The translations under genes and the position numbers were made by a program. Under the pieces are notes generated by a model. It was not told where the DNA came from and did no database searches. It was given only the letters and a program-made list of their open reading frames with translations. Below are positions 1 to 9,649 of a DNA stretch of 64,000 nt, piece after piece. This DNA comes from Negativicutes bacterium. GTDB taxonomy: Bacteria; Bacillota; Negativicutes; UBA1444. The first letter of the stretch is position 1. The number at the start of each line of letters is the position of its first letter. The stretch spans positions 128,745 to 192,744 of the forward strand of contig CAXXIN010000005.1 in assembly GCA_963665275.2 (NCBI GenBank). Reading direction: 5' to 3'.

Positions 1-999
1 AATATTGTTGCCTGTACACTGTTCGCCGCAGTCAGCGGATCCTCCGCGGCTACTACAGCTACGGTCGGTAAAATCACATTGCCTCAATTGTTGCGGCGCA
101 ACTATGACCGGTCCCTGGTTCTGGGATCGTTGGCCGGTGCTGGAACGCTCGGAATTATGATTCCGCCGAGCATGATGATGCTTGTTTATGGAATATTGGC
201 TGATGTCAGTATCGGTAAACTGTTCATCGCGGGAGTGATCCCCGGATTGCTCCTGGCGGCCGGATTCAGTGGCTTTGTCATGTTGCGGTGCATCCTTAAC
301 CCCAAATTGGCGCCGCCAAGCGACTTGACCTATACCTGGCGCGATCGCTGGAATACGATTCCCCAGCTGCTGCCGGTCATCTCTCTGATTGTGATGGTTT
401 TGGGCAGTATTTACCTGGGCTGGGCCACACCTACCGAGGCGGCCGCCGTCGGCGTGCTTGGTTCGGTATTCTTTGCCTGGATCACGAAAAGTCTGGATGT
501 AAAGGTGCTGGCAGAAGCATTGATGGGCTCGGTCAAAACCAGCTGCATGATCATGTGGATCGTTTGCGGCGCGTCATTTTTGTCGGTTGCCGTTGGCTAT
601 CTCGGGATTCCCAACAACCTGACGCTCTACATCGGAACGCTGGGCCTGTCCAAGTATATGCTGATCGTGATTCTGTCGATTATGTATATTATTCTCGGAT
701 GTCTGCTGGATGGTTTCTCCATGATCGTTATGAGTCTGCCGATCGCTTTGCCGCTAATCAAGGCGGCTGGGTTCGATCCCATCTGGTTCGGGATCTACCT
801 GGTTGTCATGATCGAGGTGGCGCAGATTACTCCGCCGGTTGGCTTCAATCTGTTCGTCATCAACGGCTTGACCCATGATAGCCTGTTTAAAATTGCCAAA
901 TATGCGTTGCCATCCTTCATTATCATGATGACGTTCACCGCGCTTATCACCATCTATCCAGAGCTTGTTCTGGCATTGCCCCGCCTGATGATCAAGTGA
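1..999 (+). CDS. TRAP transporter large permease (DctM family), 5'-truncated by window edge
   Basis: Frame open from base 1 (NIVACTLFAAVSGSSAATTATVG); DctM motifs GTLGIMIPPS, TPTEAAAVG, AQITPPVGFNLFV. Confidence 0.92.
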   Translation, partial: NIVACTLFAAVSGSSAATTATVGKITLPQLLRRNYDRSLVLGSLAGAGTLGIMIPPSMMMLVYGILADVSIGKLFIAGVIPGLLLAAGFSGFVMLRCILNPKLAPPSDLTYTWRDRWNTIPQLLPVISLIVMVLGSIYLGWATPTEAAAVGVLGSVFFAWITKSLDVKVLAEALMGSVKTSCMIMWIVCGASFLSVAVGYLGIPNNLTLYIGTLGLSKYMLIVILSIMYIILGCLLDGFSMIVMSLPIALPLIKAAGFDPIWFGIYLVVMIEVAQITPPVGFNLFVINGLTHDSLFKIAKYALPSFIIMMTFTALITIYPELVLALPRLMIK

Positions 1000-1030
1000 G
1001 GCTGGGCTGAAACCTTCGTATATATTACGA

Positions 1031-1073
1031 AAGAAAAGTCTGTTTCTCGGTATCGGAGAAGCAGGCTTTTCTT
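1031..1073 (+). terminator. Intrinsic terminator-like hairpin
   Basis: aagaaaagtctgtttctc-loop-gagaagcaggcttttctt just after the DctM stop. Confidence 0.6.
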
Positions 1074-1128
1074 CAATATGCGGCGTATTGTTTTTAGGGA
1101 AATGCTTTATTGCGAAAGGAAAGTTTAT

Positions 1129-1461
1129 ATGAATATCCAGATATTCGGCACGAAAAAATGCCGGGATACTCAGAAGACCGAACGGTATTTCAAGGAACGT
1201 CGGATTCCCTACCATTTAATCGACCTCAACGAAAGGGGTCTCTCCAAGGGAGAATTCGAAAAAGTGAAGGCGGCTGCCGGGGTCGAGCGTCTGCTGAACC
1301 GGGAGAGCAAAGAATATGCTAAGCTCAACATGCAATACATCGTTCATAATCGGGAAGAAATGATGATTTTGCATCCGATGTTGCTCCGAACTCCGATCGT
1401 ACGCAACGGACCCAAGGCGACAGTGGGGTATTGCCCCGAAATCTGGCAGGCGTGGGATTGA
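1129..1461 (+). CDS. ArsC/Spx/MgsR family protein
   Basis: MNIQIFGTKKCRDTQKTERYFKER...HPMLLRTPIVRNG; AAGGA RBS before ATG 1129. Confidence 0.85.
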   Translation: MNIQIFGTKKCRDTQKTERYFKERRIPYHLIDLNERGLSKGEFEKVKAAAGVERLLNRESKEYAKLNMQYIVHNREEMMILHPMLLRTPIVRNGPKATVGYCPEIWQAWD

Positions 1462-1715
1462 TGGGGCCTTGCATTTACATAGTGGAGTGTGCGGATGGAA
1501 GCTATTATACCGGCTGGACCAACGATTTGGAAAACAGGCTGGCGGCCCATAACGCCGGAACTGGCGCCCGCTACACTCGTGGAAGGGGACCGGTCCGGCT
1601 GGTTTACAAGGAAGAGTGTGAAGACAAACAGTCTGCGCAACGGCGCGAGTGGGCGATAAAAAAACTGACCCGCGCTCAGAAAGAGCAGCTGGTCAGCAGT
1701 ATTAAGGCAGAATAG
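1461..1715 (+). CDS. GIY-YIG nuclease family protein (UPF0213/YazA-like)
   Basis: IYIVECADGSYYTGWTNDLENRLAAHNAGTGARYTRGRGPV. Confidence 0.9.
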   Translation: MGPCIYIVECADGSYYTGWTNDLENRLAAHNAGTGARYTRGRGPVRLVYKEECEDKQSAQRREWAIKKLTRAQKEQLVSSIKAE

Positions 1716-1755
1716 TCTGAGGCGCAGAATGCTTGGAATCGGCAAGGCAGGGGGT

Positions 1756-2892
1756 TTATTGCGGGTTATTATCCGGCGCAGCATTAAAAACAATCTGGTT
1801 ACGCCCCTGCAGCTTGGCCTGGTACAGGGCTTTGTCGGCCGTGCTGATCGCTCTGGTCGGGTTGATGTCGTTGGTGGGAGAGATGGAAGTGTAGCCGATA
1901 CTGACTGTGATTGTTGCCGCAGCTGAGGCAAAACCATGACTCATGGATTGCGCCATTACGGATTGACGCATAGCCTCCAGCACTTTTATGGCTCCATCCG
2001 AATCGGTATTCGGTAAAATGACGACAAATTCTTCGCCGCCATAGCGTGCGCAAAAATCCGCCGGACGTCGCAGTGCATTATTGATGGTAGCGGCGATGGC
2101 CTGCAGGCATTCATCGCCGGCAGTGTGCCCGTAATGGTCATTGTAGTGTTTGAAGAAGTCGAGGTCGAGCATTGCGATCGATAAGGTTGTCTGTTCGCGT
2201 CGGGCCCGGCTCCACTCACGGCAGAGGACTTCGTCACAAGTCCGGCGGTTGGGAATCTGGGTCAAGTAATCAATGGAAGCCAGTCGTTTCAGTTCATCCA
2301 GTACAGCATCGTGCTGAAGGCAGGAATAGGCTTGACAAAGGCGGCTGATGGATGACGGGGTGGCAATTCGCGGCGGACTGACTAATACAGTGGTATCTTT
2401 GGTGAGATAGGGACCGAATTTTTTGTATAAATCCTTGCCGGGACCGATATATGAACTGCCGCCGGTGATGAAAGTTGCTGCCGCGATTTTTTTGGCAATA
2501 GATGCCGGCTCCATTTCATCGTAGGCGACAACGTCATAATCAAGATGCATCAAATCGTACTTCCGCAAATGCTCCATCAAAACACGCGTTCCGGCGATAC
2601 TATTATTGATGACTAACACTGGCGTTCCGGCGGGAATCTTGCTGAGCGCGAGGAAATATTCGACAGGCGGCACAAACTCAAGCGCAACGACCTTTTCACA
2701 ACCGAAGGCTTCTTCCATCTGCTCTTTTCGGTTGACCAGACAGACATATAAATCCGCATCAGTCAGATGGCGAAAACTATCAATGGTGGCAGTTTCGATT
2801 TCGATACCGCCAGCAAGACTTTCCACCACGACGTTTTTGATTTCTTCTATATTAGCAGGATTAGCGCCGATCACGGCAATTTTTATCGACAA
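1756..2892 (-). CDS. Diguanylate cyclase (GGDEF) with uncharacterised soluble N-terminal domain
   Basis: DYLTQIPNRR, DLDFFKHYNDHYGHTAGD, RPAD I-site, RYGGEEF. Confidence 0.9.
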   Translation of the reverse strand: MSIKIAVIGANPANIEEIKNVVVESLAGGIEIETATIDSFRHLTDADLYVCLVNRKEQMEEAFGCEKVVALEFVPPVEYFLALSKIPAGTPVLVINNSIAGTRVLMEHLRKYDLMHLDYDVVAYDEMEPASIAKKIAAATFITGGSSYIGPGKDLYKKFGPYLTKDTTVLVSPPRIATPSSISRLCQAYSCLQHDAVLDELKRLASIDYLTQIPNRRTCDEVLCREWSRARREQTTLSIAMLDLDFFKHYNDHYGHTAGDECLQAIAATINNALRRPADFCARYGGEEFVVILPNTDSDGAIKVLEAMRQSVMAQSMSHGFASAAATITVSIGYTSISPTNDINPTRAISTADKALYQAKLQGRNQIVFNAAPDNNPQ

Positions 2893-2961
2893 AATGTCGC
2901 CTCCCCAGTCAGCAGATGGAGAACCTTTAAACTAATTTGACAGAAAATTCAATACTCCTGC

Positions 2962-3498
2962 TTACCGCTTCAAAGCTTTTTGTAATCTGGGCGCCAGGAA
3001 GAGGGCAACAATCAACCCGACAGAGGAGGTAAGGAGAGAGGCCGGCATATTAGAGAAAGCCACGGCAAGACTGCCGGTTACCTGCCACCAGGCGATGATA
3101 TAGCCGCCCAGTGTCCAGGTCGCTGCTGCCAGACACCCGAGTGTTGCACGGAGAATCCACCGCCCACGGGCTACAGGGGACTCTGCTTGGATATGCGGCC
3201 ATAATCCGTGGGCAATTACGCCGGCGAGGAGGCCGGCGATGCCCTTGATGAGAAACGACCAAGGCGTATAAGGGGAAAAACCCATCAATAAATCGAAAAA
3301 TGCGGACCCGATGGCTGCCGATAACCCGGCATATACACCGCCGAAGATAATGGCTACCGTGAACATGAAAGCGCTTCCGAGGTGCACCATGGCGCCGACG
3401 CCGAGAGGAATCTTGATGGATGTGGCGATCGCGCACATTCCGGCCAGCACGCCAATGGTTACCGTATCTTTGAGTTCAAGCTTGCGTTTTTTCGTCAT
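2962..3498 (-). CDS. ECF transporter S component, probably vitamin B6 (PdxU2/HmpT-like)
   Basis: VHLGSAFMF...AAIGSAFFDLLMGFSPYTPWSFLIKG; overlaps pdxK; GGAGGG RBS before ATG 3498. Confidence 0.8.
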   Translation of the reverse strand: MTKKRKLELKDTVTIGVLAGMCAIATSIKIPLGVGAMVHLGSAFMFTVAIIFGGVYAGLSAAIGSAFFDLLMGFSPYTPWSFLIKGIAGLLAGVIAHGLWPHIQAESPVARGRWILRATLGCLAAATWTLGGYIIAWWQVTGSLAVAFSNMPASLLTSSVGLIVALFLAPRLQKALKR

Positions 3499-4351
3499 GA
3501 ACATACCCTCCACTACAGAGCTGAGATAGCCGATTTTCCAGGAGAATTCCTTCACGGGCAGGAGTCCCGGCCGTGAAGGTGTCACGGACGGCGGCGGAAA
3601 CAAAGTTGCCGGCACGGCTAATGGCCATTGGCAAAGGCGCTCCCCACAATAGTTCGCCTAGCAGGACGCTGGCGAAAATATCTCCGGTTCCGGGGTATTT
3701 CGCGGGAATCAGAACGCTGGTGAATTGCCAAAATTGGTTCAGGTTGCGGTCGTAACCAAGATTGACCACTTTGCTGCCGGGAAGCGGGACGCCTGTGACA
3801 ACAACACGGGGCGGTCCCATTTCGGATAAACGGACAAGCCAGGATTGTAGGGCACCTGCATCTGGAACGATCGATTGCCAGGTTTCGCCAAGCAAAAAGC
3901 AGGCTTCGGTGTAATTGGGGGTGATGACGTCTGCTTTTTGGACCAAGGCCTTGATTTTTTCTTTCATGGTATTTGTGAAGAAAGAATAAAGCTTGCCGTC
4001 ATCGCCCATAACGGGGTCGACGAGAACCAAAGGCCGCCGGGAGGAAAAATCTTCAATAAAGCGGGAAACGATACCGATCTGTTCTTCAGAAGCAAGGAAC
4101 CCGCTATATATGCAGTCGAACCCGATACCCTCGCGCTGCCAATGCGCCGAAAAATCAGGAATGTGGCTGGTGAAATCGCAGATCGAGACGTCCGTGAAAC
4201 CACCGGGGTGGGTACTGAGAATGGCGGTGGGAAGAGGACAGACCTGGATTCCCATGCAGGACAGAACAGGCAAAATGACCGTCAGGGAACAGCGGCCGAC
4301 GCAGGAGAGGTCATGCACGGCAGCGACTTTCTTTATCTGGGCGGGAATCAT
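3476..4351 (-). CDS. pdxK: Pyridoxal/pyridoxine/pyridoxamine kinase
   Basis: VAAVHDLSCVGRCSL, PLPTAILSTH, VDPVMGDDGKLY, TPNYTEA, PGTGDIFAS. Confidence 0.88.
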   Translation of the reverse strand: MIPAQIKKVAAVHDLSCVGRCSLTVILPVLSCMGIQVCPLPTAILSTHPGGFTDVSICDFTSHIPDFSAHWQREGIGFDCIYSGFLASEEQIGIVSRFIEDFSSRRPLVLVDPVMGDDGKLYSFFTNTMKEKIKALVQKADVITPNYTEACFLLGETWQSIVPDAGALQSWLVRLSEMGPPRVVVTGVPLPGSKVVNLGYDRNLNQFWQFTSVLIPAKYPGTGDIFASVLLGELLWGAPLPMAISRAGNFVSAAVRDTFTAGTPAREGILLENRLSQLCSGGYVHDEKTQA

Positions 4352-4491
4352 GGATAGCCTCCATTCTTTCGTGACACAGCACAATCCATTTGCTTTCGCA
4401 ATATGCGCGAAGGGGGTAGGGATTTCGTCGTCTGAATTCGAATACTGTAATTATACCTCTATAACTATTAAATATGAAAGCAGGGATGAGA

Positions 4492-4812
4492 ATGTTTGTC
4501 AAAGATTCCGCCAAAACTTTACTGTCTGTTGTGCCGGGGGTGCAACGGAAAACTCTCGCCGTGGGTGAGCATTCCCTCATGACGAAATTTGTACTGGAAG
4601 CCGGTTCGGAATTGCCAATGCACAAACACCCCCACGAACAAGTCGGTTTCCTGGTGTCCGGGCGTCTCGTCCTCACGATCGGCGACGAATCCTGTGAAAT
4701 GGAACCGGGCGACAGCTGGGCGGTCCCTGGCGACGTCGAACACTGTGCGAAAGTCATTGAACGCGCTGAGGCGATTGAAGTGTTTTATCCGGTGCGGCAG
4801 GATTATTTATAA
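4492..4812 (+). CDS. Cupin domain protein
   Basis: PMHKHPHEQVGFLVSG...PGDSWAVPGDVEH. Confidence 0.88.
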   Translation: MFVKDSAKTLLSVVPGVQRKTLAVGEHSLMTKFVLEAGSELPMHKHPHEQVGFLVSGRLVLTIGDESCEMEPGDSWAVPGDVEHCAKVIERAEAIEVFYPVRQDYL

Positions 4813-4904
4813 GATTATTTTTGACTGCGCGGCTCTCCTTGCGATAGAATAGAAAAGATTACGACATACTCTATTTTTATTTCGGGGAGAGAAGATAACA
4901 AGAC

Positions 4905-6461
4905 ATGAGTGTATTGAATGTAGAAAATGTTACGCACGGATTCGGCGCCCGCCGGATACTGGAAGAAGCTTCATTTCGTTTGCTGAAGGGAGAACATGTT
5001 GGCCTGATTGGCGCGAACGGGGAAGGAAAGTCGACTTTTCTCAGCATCATCACCGGTCAGCTGCAACCGGACGCCGGCAAGGTGGAATGGTCCAACCGCG
5101 TCACGGTCGGTTATCTGGACCAACATTCCGTTCTGGCCAAAGGCAAGACGATCCGCGACATCCTGCGGACGGCCTTTCAACAGATGTTCGACTGGGAAGC
5201 GGAAATGCTGGGTATCTACGACCGGATGGCGGAAGCCGGACCGGATGAAATCGACAAAATGATGGAAGACGTTGGTGAGCTTCAGGATCTATTGGACCAC
5301 AGCGGCTTTTATACGCTGGACGCCAAGATCGAGGAGGTTGCCAACGGACTGGGACTCGGGGACATCGGACTGGATCGCGACGTCAGCGACCTGAGCGGCG
5401 GGCAGCGGACCAAGGTATTATTGACCAAGCTGTTGTTGCAGAACCCGACCATCCTGATTCTCGACGAACCGACCAACTATCTGGACGTGGAGCATATCGA
5501 GTGGCTGAAACGATACCTGACGAACTATGAAAACAGCTTTATTTTGGTATCGCATGATATTCCCTTCCTGAATGAAGTGGTCAATGTGATCTATCATGTG
5601 GAAAATACCGCTTTGACCCGTTACACTGGAAACTATGAGCAGTTCCAGCAGTTGTACACTATGAGAAAGAGCCAGGAAAATCGGGCTTTTGAGCGGCAGC
5701 AACAGGAAGTCGAACGTCTGGAAGACTTCATTGCCCGCAACAAGGCGCGCGTCGCGACACGCGGGATGGCCAACAGCCGCCAGAAGTGGCTGGACAAGAT
5801 GGAAGTGCTGGAGAAACCCCGTGAAAAACCGAAACCGACCTTCCAGTTCCGGGAAGCGCGGACACCGGGGCGCGTGATGGTGGAAGCGGAAAATTTGGTC
5901 CTCGGCTACGAAGAGGCGCTGACTCGCCCGGTGAAGTTGTTGCTGGAACGCGGGAAAAAAGTCGCGATTCGCGGCGTCAACGGCTTGGGCAAGACAACGC
6001 TGCTGAAGACGCTGCTGGGGAAAATCTCTGCGTTCGAGGGCGAAGTGAAGCTGGGCGACAACTTGTTCCCCGGTTATTTCGAGCAGGAGTCGGGCCGCGA
6101 CAATACAAATACTGCGATGGAAGAAGTATGGCAGGATTATCCGGGCATGAGCAACGGCGAAGTCCGGGCGGCGCTCGCACGCTGCGGCCTGACGAACGAG
6201 CACATTACCAGTCAGATGCAGGTGCTCAGCGGCGGCGAGAATGCCAAAGTCCGCCTGTGCAAACTGATGCTGCAGGAAGTGAACTGGCTGGTGTTGGACG
6301 AACCCACCAACCATCTGGATATTGATGCCAAAGCCGAACTGAAGCGCGCCCTGATGGAATTCAAGGGAACGATCCTGCTTGTCTCGCATGAACCGGACTT
6401 TTACGAGGACTGGGTGAGCGACATCTGGAATGTCGAAGACTGGACGAATAAAGTCGTATAA
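4905..6461 (+). CDS. ABC-F family ATP-binding protein
   Basis: Two ABC domains (GANGEGKST/LSGGQ/LDEPTN; GVNGLGKTT/LSGGE/LDEPTN), no TM segments. Confidence 0.93.
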   Translation: MSVLNVENVTHGFGARRILEEASFRLLKGEHVGLIGANGEGKSTFLSIITGQLQPDAGKVEWSNRVTVGYLDQHSVLAKGKTIRDILRTAFQQMFDWEAEMLGIYDRMAEAGPDEIDKMMEDVGELQDLLDHSGFYTLDAKIEEVANGLGLGDIGLDRDVSDLSGGQRTKVLLTKLLLQNPTILILDEPTNYLDVEHIEWLKRYLTNYENSFILVSHDIPFLNEVVNVIYHVENTALTRYTGNYEQFQQLYTMRKSQENRAFERQQQEVERLEDFIARNKARVATRGMANSRQKWLDKMEVLEKPREKPKPTFQFREARTPGRVMVEAENLVLGYEEALTRPVKLLLERGKKVAIRGVNGLGKTTLLKTLLGKISAFEGEVKLGDNLFPGYFEQESGRDNTNTAMEEVWQDYPGMSNGEVRAALARCGLTNEHITSQMQVLSGGENAKVRLCKLMLQEVNWLVLDEPTNHLDIDAKAELKRALMEFKGTILLVSHEPDFYEDWVSDIWNVEDWTNKVV

Positions 6462-6514
6462 ATGATGAGATTGCTAAGAAAATAAAATAGATAAATAAGA
6501 GGAGAGATGCAATT

Positions 6515-6895
6515 ATGCCAAGAAAAGCATTTACCGCCGCCGGTGCGACTGCCGTTGGACCTTACTCGCATGCCGTGGAAGCCGGAGATTTGATCTTTTT
6601 GTCCGGACAGACCCCGATGGATTCGGCAACAGGCAAACTTGCAGAGGGCGACATCGCAGCCCAGACCGAACAGGTCTTCAAGAATCTGTTCAATGTGTTG
6701 GCATCTGCAGGACTAACTGAAGCGGATGTTGTCAAAGCGAATGTATTCCTGACGGACATGGGCAATTTTGCCGCGATGAATGCCGTCTACGCAACCAAGT
6801 TTTCCGCTCCTTATCCTGCCCGCTCGACAGTTGCGGTTGCAGGACTGCCGCTTGGTGCGCAGGTTGAAATCGAACTGATTGCCCGCAAGGGATAA
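6515..6895 (+). CDS. ridA: RidA family enamine/imine deaminase
   Basis: AVGPYSHAV, FLSGQ, FAAMNAVY, PARSTV, VEIELIA. Confidence 0.9.
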   Translation: MPRKAFTAAGATAVGPYSHAVEAGDLIFLSGQTPMDSATGKLAEGDIAAQTEQVFKNLFNVLASAGLTEADVVKANVFLTDMGNFAAMNAVYATKFSAPYPARSTVAVAGLPLGAQVEIELIARKG

Positions 6896-6906
6896 AAAAG
6901 GATAGC

Positions 6907-8085
6907 ATGAAGCAGACAAAAACGATCGCAGGGACTGCGACTTCAGGCGGCACCCAGCGATATGCAGAAAGTCATCAGGATTTGCCGTTTACACCGCTGG
7001 GATCAACCGACCTCTTGGTCAGTGCGGCCGGATTCGGCAGTTATCGGGTCGATGTGTCGGAGCGGACTCACGAACTCGCTCTGATTCATGCGTTGCGTTC
7101 GGGCATTAATCTCATTGACACCAGCGCCAACTATGCCGACGGCGGCTCGGAACGACTGATCGGCAAGGTGCTTGCCGCAATGGCGGCGCAGGGAGAAATC
7201 ACTCGCGAACAGGTGGTCGTGGTGTCCAAAGCCGGCTACCTGCAGGGCGAAAACTATCAGCTGAGTCAGGAACGCAAAGCAGCAGGGAATCCTTTCGCCG
7301 ATTTGGTTCTGGCGGGTCAGGGGCTGGAGCATTGCATCCACCCGGAATTCCTCGCCGATCAGATCACGCGGAGCCTGGCCCGCTTGAAATTGCAGAGCCT
7401 GGACTGCTGTTTGCTGCACAATCCCGAGTATTATCTGACGACCGCGAAAGCTGAAGGCGTACCTGTCGAGCAGGCTCGCAGGGAGTACTACCGCCGCATC
7501 GAGGTAGCCTTTCGCCACCTGGAGCAGGAAGTGCAGGCGGGACGGATCGTTTCCTACGGTATCAGCTCGAATACTTTTCCTGGGTCAGTCGAGGATCGCA
7601 ACTTCACTTCGCTGGCGAAGGCGTGGGAGATTGCCTGCGATATCTCTCCAGCTCATCATTTTCGGGTTATCGAATTTCCCTTGAATTTGATGGAAACTGG
7701 CGCGGTGCTGCGCGAAAATCAACCGACGGGACAAAGTCTGCTGGAATTTGCGCGGGAGAAAAACTTGGGAGTGCTGATCAATCGTCCGCTGAACGCAATC
7801 GTGGGAGACCGCCTGGTACGGCTGGCGGAGAACCATTATACCGGCGATGGCGTCACTCAGGCCCACCGTTTCCGTGACAAAGTGGCAGCGGTGGATGAGG
7901 ATTGGTCGTCCGCCGAAACGTTAAGCCAAATAGCGCTGAGGGCGATTCGCTCCACCGCAGGAATCTCAGCGGTTCTGGTCGGAATGCGCGCCGAGGAGTA
8001 TGTCGGGGATGTGCTCGCAGAGCTGCGACGCTCCTGCCCAGTCGATTCCAGAGTGGAAAGCTGGCAGAAAGTTGAAGACCTTTAA
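6907..8085 (+). CDS. Aldo/keto reductase family protein
   Basis: GFGSYR, GINLIDTSANYADGGSE, VVVSKAGY, LLHNPE. Confidence 0.85.
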   Translation: MKQTKTIAGTATSGGTQRYAESHQDLPFTPLGSTDLLVSAAGFGSYRVDVSERTHELALIHALRSGINLIDTSANYADGGSERLIGKVLAAMAAQGEITREQVVVVSKAGYLQGENYQLSQERKAAGNPFADLVLAGQGLEHCIHPEFLADQITRSLARLKLQSLDCCLLHNPEYYLTTAKAEGVPVEQARREYYRRIEVAFRHLEQEVQAGRIVSYGISSNTFPGSVEDRNFTSLAKAWEIACDISPAHHFRVIEFPLNLMETGAVLRENQPTGQSLLEFAREKNLGVLINRPLNAIVGDRLVRLAENHYTGDGVTQAHRFRDKVAAVDEDWSSAETLSQIALRAIRSTAGISAVLVGMRAEEYVGDVLAELRRSCPVDSRVESWQKVEDL

Positions 8086-8110
8086 AAGTTGAGGTCGGTT
8101 AGGAGACAGA

Positions 8111-8917
8111 ATGTTTTCATTGGAAAAAGCAATGGATGCAATGCAGGGAATCGCCCGCCAAGTCGGAACGCTGCAACGCGAAAATCTGGGTCGGCAGGAT
8201 TTGGTAATGAACCGCAAATCCACCAGCATTGATCTGGTGACAGAAATCGACCGAGCGTCGGATGATCTCATCGTCGGATACCTGCATCAGGAATATCCTG
8301 ATCATGCGATCCTGGCCGAAGAATCCGGTGAATCCGGGCAGGATTCGGAATACCGCTGGGTCATCGATCCACTCGACGGCACAACCAACTATGCGCAGGG
8401 ATTGCCGATCTTCGCGGTTTCAATCGCCTTGGAATATCGGCGGGAGGCCGTTCTCGGCATCGTCTACGAACCGGTCACCGATGAGCTGTTCACCACGATC
8501 CGCGGCCAGGGCGCCTACTGTAATGGCAAACGACTGCATATCGCCGATAAAACGGAACTGATCGACTGCGTGTTGGCGACGGGTTTCCCATACGATATCG
8601 CGATCCATCCGGTCAATAACATCGACTATTTCATTTCCATGGCCCCCAAAGCCCGGGCGATCCGGCGCATGGGCGCTGCCGCTTATGATTTGGCCTGTGT
8701 CGCCTCCGGCCGATTCGACGGGTTTTGGGAAATGGCTCTTTCGCCGTGGGATGCGGCAGCCAGCGCATTGCTGGTCAAGGAAGCCGGCGGCGTAGTGTGG
8801 CCGTTCCGCAGTGATCGCAAAATTTCGATTGTTGCCGGTAACGAGTGCATCAGCCGCCAAATCATGGACGTTCTGCGTCAGGTCGATCACCTTGTCGAAC
8901 CTGATCTGAAGTGCTAA
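8111..8917 (+). CDS. suhB: Inositol monophosphatase family protein (SuhB-like)
   Basis: DLVTEID, WVIDPLDGTTNY, RRMGAAAYDL, WDAAA. Confidence 0.85.
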   Translation: MFSLEKAMDAMQGIARQVGTLQRENLGRQDLVMNRKSTSIDLVTEIDRASDDLIVGYLHQEYPDHAILAEESGESGQDSEYRWVIDPLDGTTNYAQGLPIFAVSIALEYRREAVLGIVYEPVTDELFTTIRGQGAYCNGKRLHIADKTELIDCVLATGFPYDIAIHPVNNIDYFISMAPKARAIRRMGAAAYDLACVASGRFDGFWEMALSPWDAAASALLVKEAGGVVWPFRSDRKISIVAGNECISRQIMDVLRQVDHLVEPDLKC

Positions 8918-8941
8918 AATAGAGATATTACCAAAGAAGTG

Positions 8942-9030
8942 AAGCTAGGGGAGCCGGAGCGGCCGGCTGAGAGTCAGACACAGAGTCTGTTACCCTTGAC
9001 CTGATCTGGATAATACCAGCGTAGGAACAG
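8942..9030 (+). ncRNA. TPP riboswitch
   Basis: ggggagccg...ggctgaga...acccttgacctgatctggataataccagcgtaggaa consensus upstream of thiW. Confidence 0.92.
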
Positions 9031-9054
9031 CGAAACATTGCGACAGCGACGAAC

Positions 9055-9090
9055 AGCGCATTCCTGCGGGGATGCGCTTCTTTCATTTTG
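9055..9090 (+). terminator. Riboswitch expression-platform terminator
   Basis: agcgcattcc-tgcg-gggatgcgct followed by tctttcatttt between aptamer and thiW. Confidence 0.65.
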
Positions 9091-9118
9091 GGGTCTTCGC
9101 GAAACGGAGGAATCGTAA

Positions 9119-9619
9119 GTGGAAACGAGAAAATTGACTTTCACGGCCTTGTTCATGGCGGTAGGGGTGCTGTCCGCCCACTTGGTGTATATTCCGGTGG
9201 GCGTGTCCAAATGTTTCCCGATACAGCATGCGATCAACGTTCTCTTGGCGGTGTTGCTCGGAACGCGGTACTCCGTTGGCGCAGCTTTTGGCGTGTCGAT
9301 GTTGCGCAACATTCTGGGGACGGGATCTTTGCTGGCATTCCCCGGCAGCATGTTCGGCGCGGCACTGTCCGGCATCCTGTATTCGAGGACGCACAGCATC
9401 TGGGGCGCATTGGCCGGCGAGATTATCGGGACCGGCATTATCGGCGGCTTGGTCGCTTATCCGGTTGCGAAATATTTCTTGGGGTCCGGCGTGGGCGCGA
9501 TGTTTTTCGTTGTGCCATTTATGATCAGCACGGTTGGCGGCAGTATTATCGCCTGGGGGCTGTATCATTCGCCAGTGACCAGTTTTTTGCGAGAACGGTT
9601 GGGTCAACGGACAAAATAG
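9119..9619 (+). CDS. thiW: ECF S component ThiW (thiazole precursor uptake)
   Basis: KCFPIQHAINVLLAVLLG, RNILGTGSLLAFPGSMFGA, GEIIGTGIIG; downstream of TPP riboswitch. Confidence 0.92.
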   Translation: METRKLTFTALFMAVGVLSAHLVYIPVGVSKCFPIQHAINVLLAVLLGTRYSVGAAFGVSMLRNILGTGSLLAFPGSMFGAALSGILYSRTHSIWGALAGEIIGTGIIGGLVAYPVAKYFLGSGVGAMFFVVPFMISTVGGSIIAWGLYHSPVTSFLRERLGQRTK

Positions 9620-9649
9620 ATTTAGGGGATAAGTGAGTGGAGGAATCGG

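Noticed and set aside
1461-1715. GIY-YIG ORF as homing endonuclease or mobile element
   Set aside because: Size and motifs fit the stand-alone housekeeping UPF0213 family; no intron or element context
5418-6389. Long antisense ORFs (also 9692-10570, 50500-51273 and similar)
   Set aside because: Shadows of well-supported genes on the opposite strand, with no recognisable motifs
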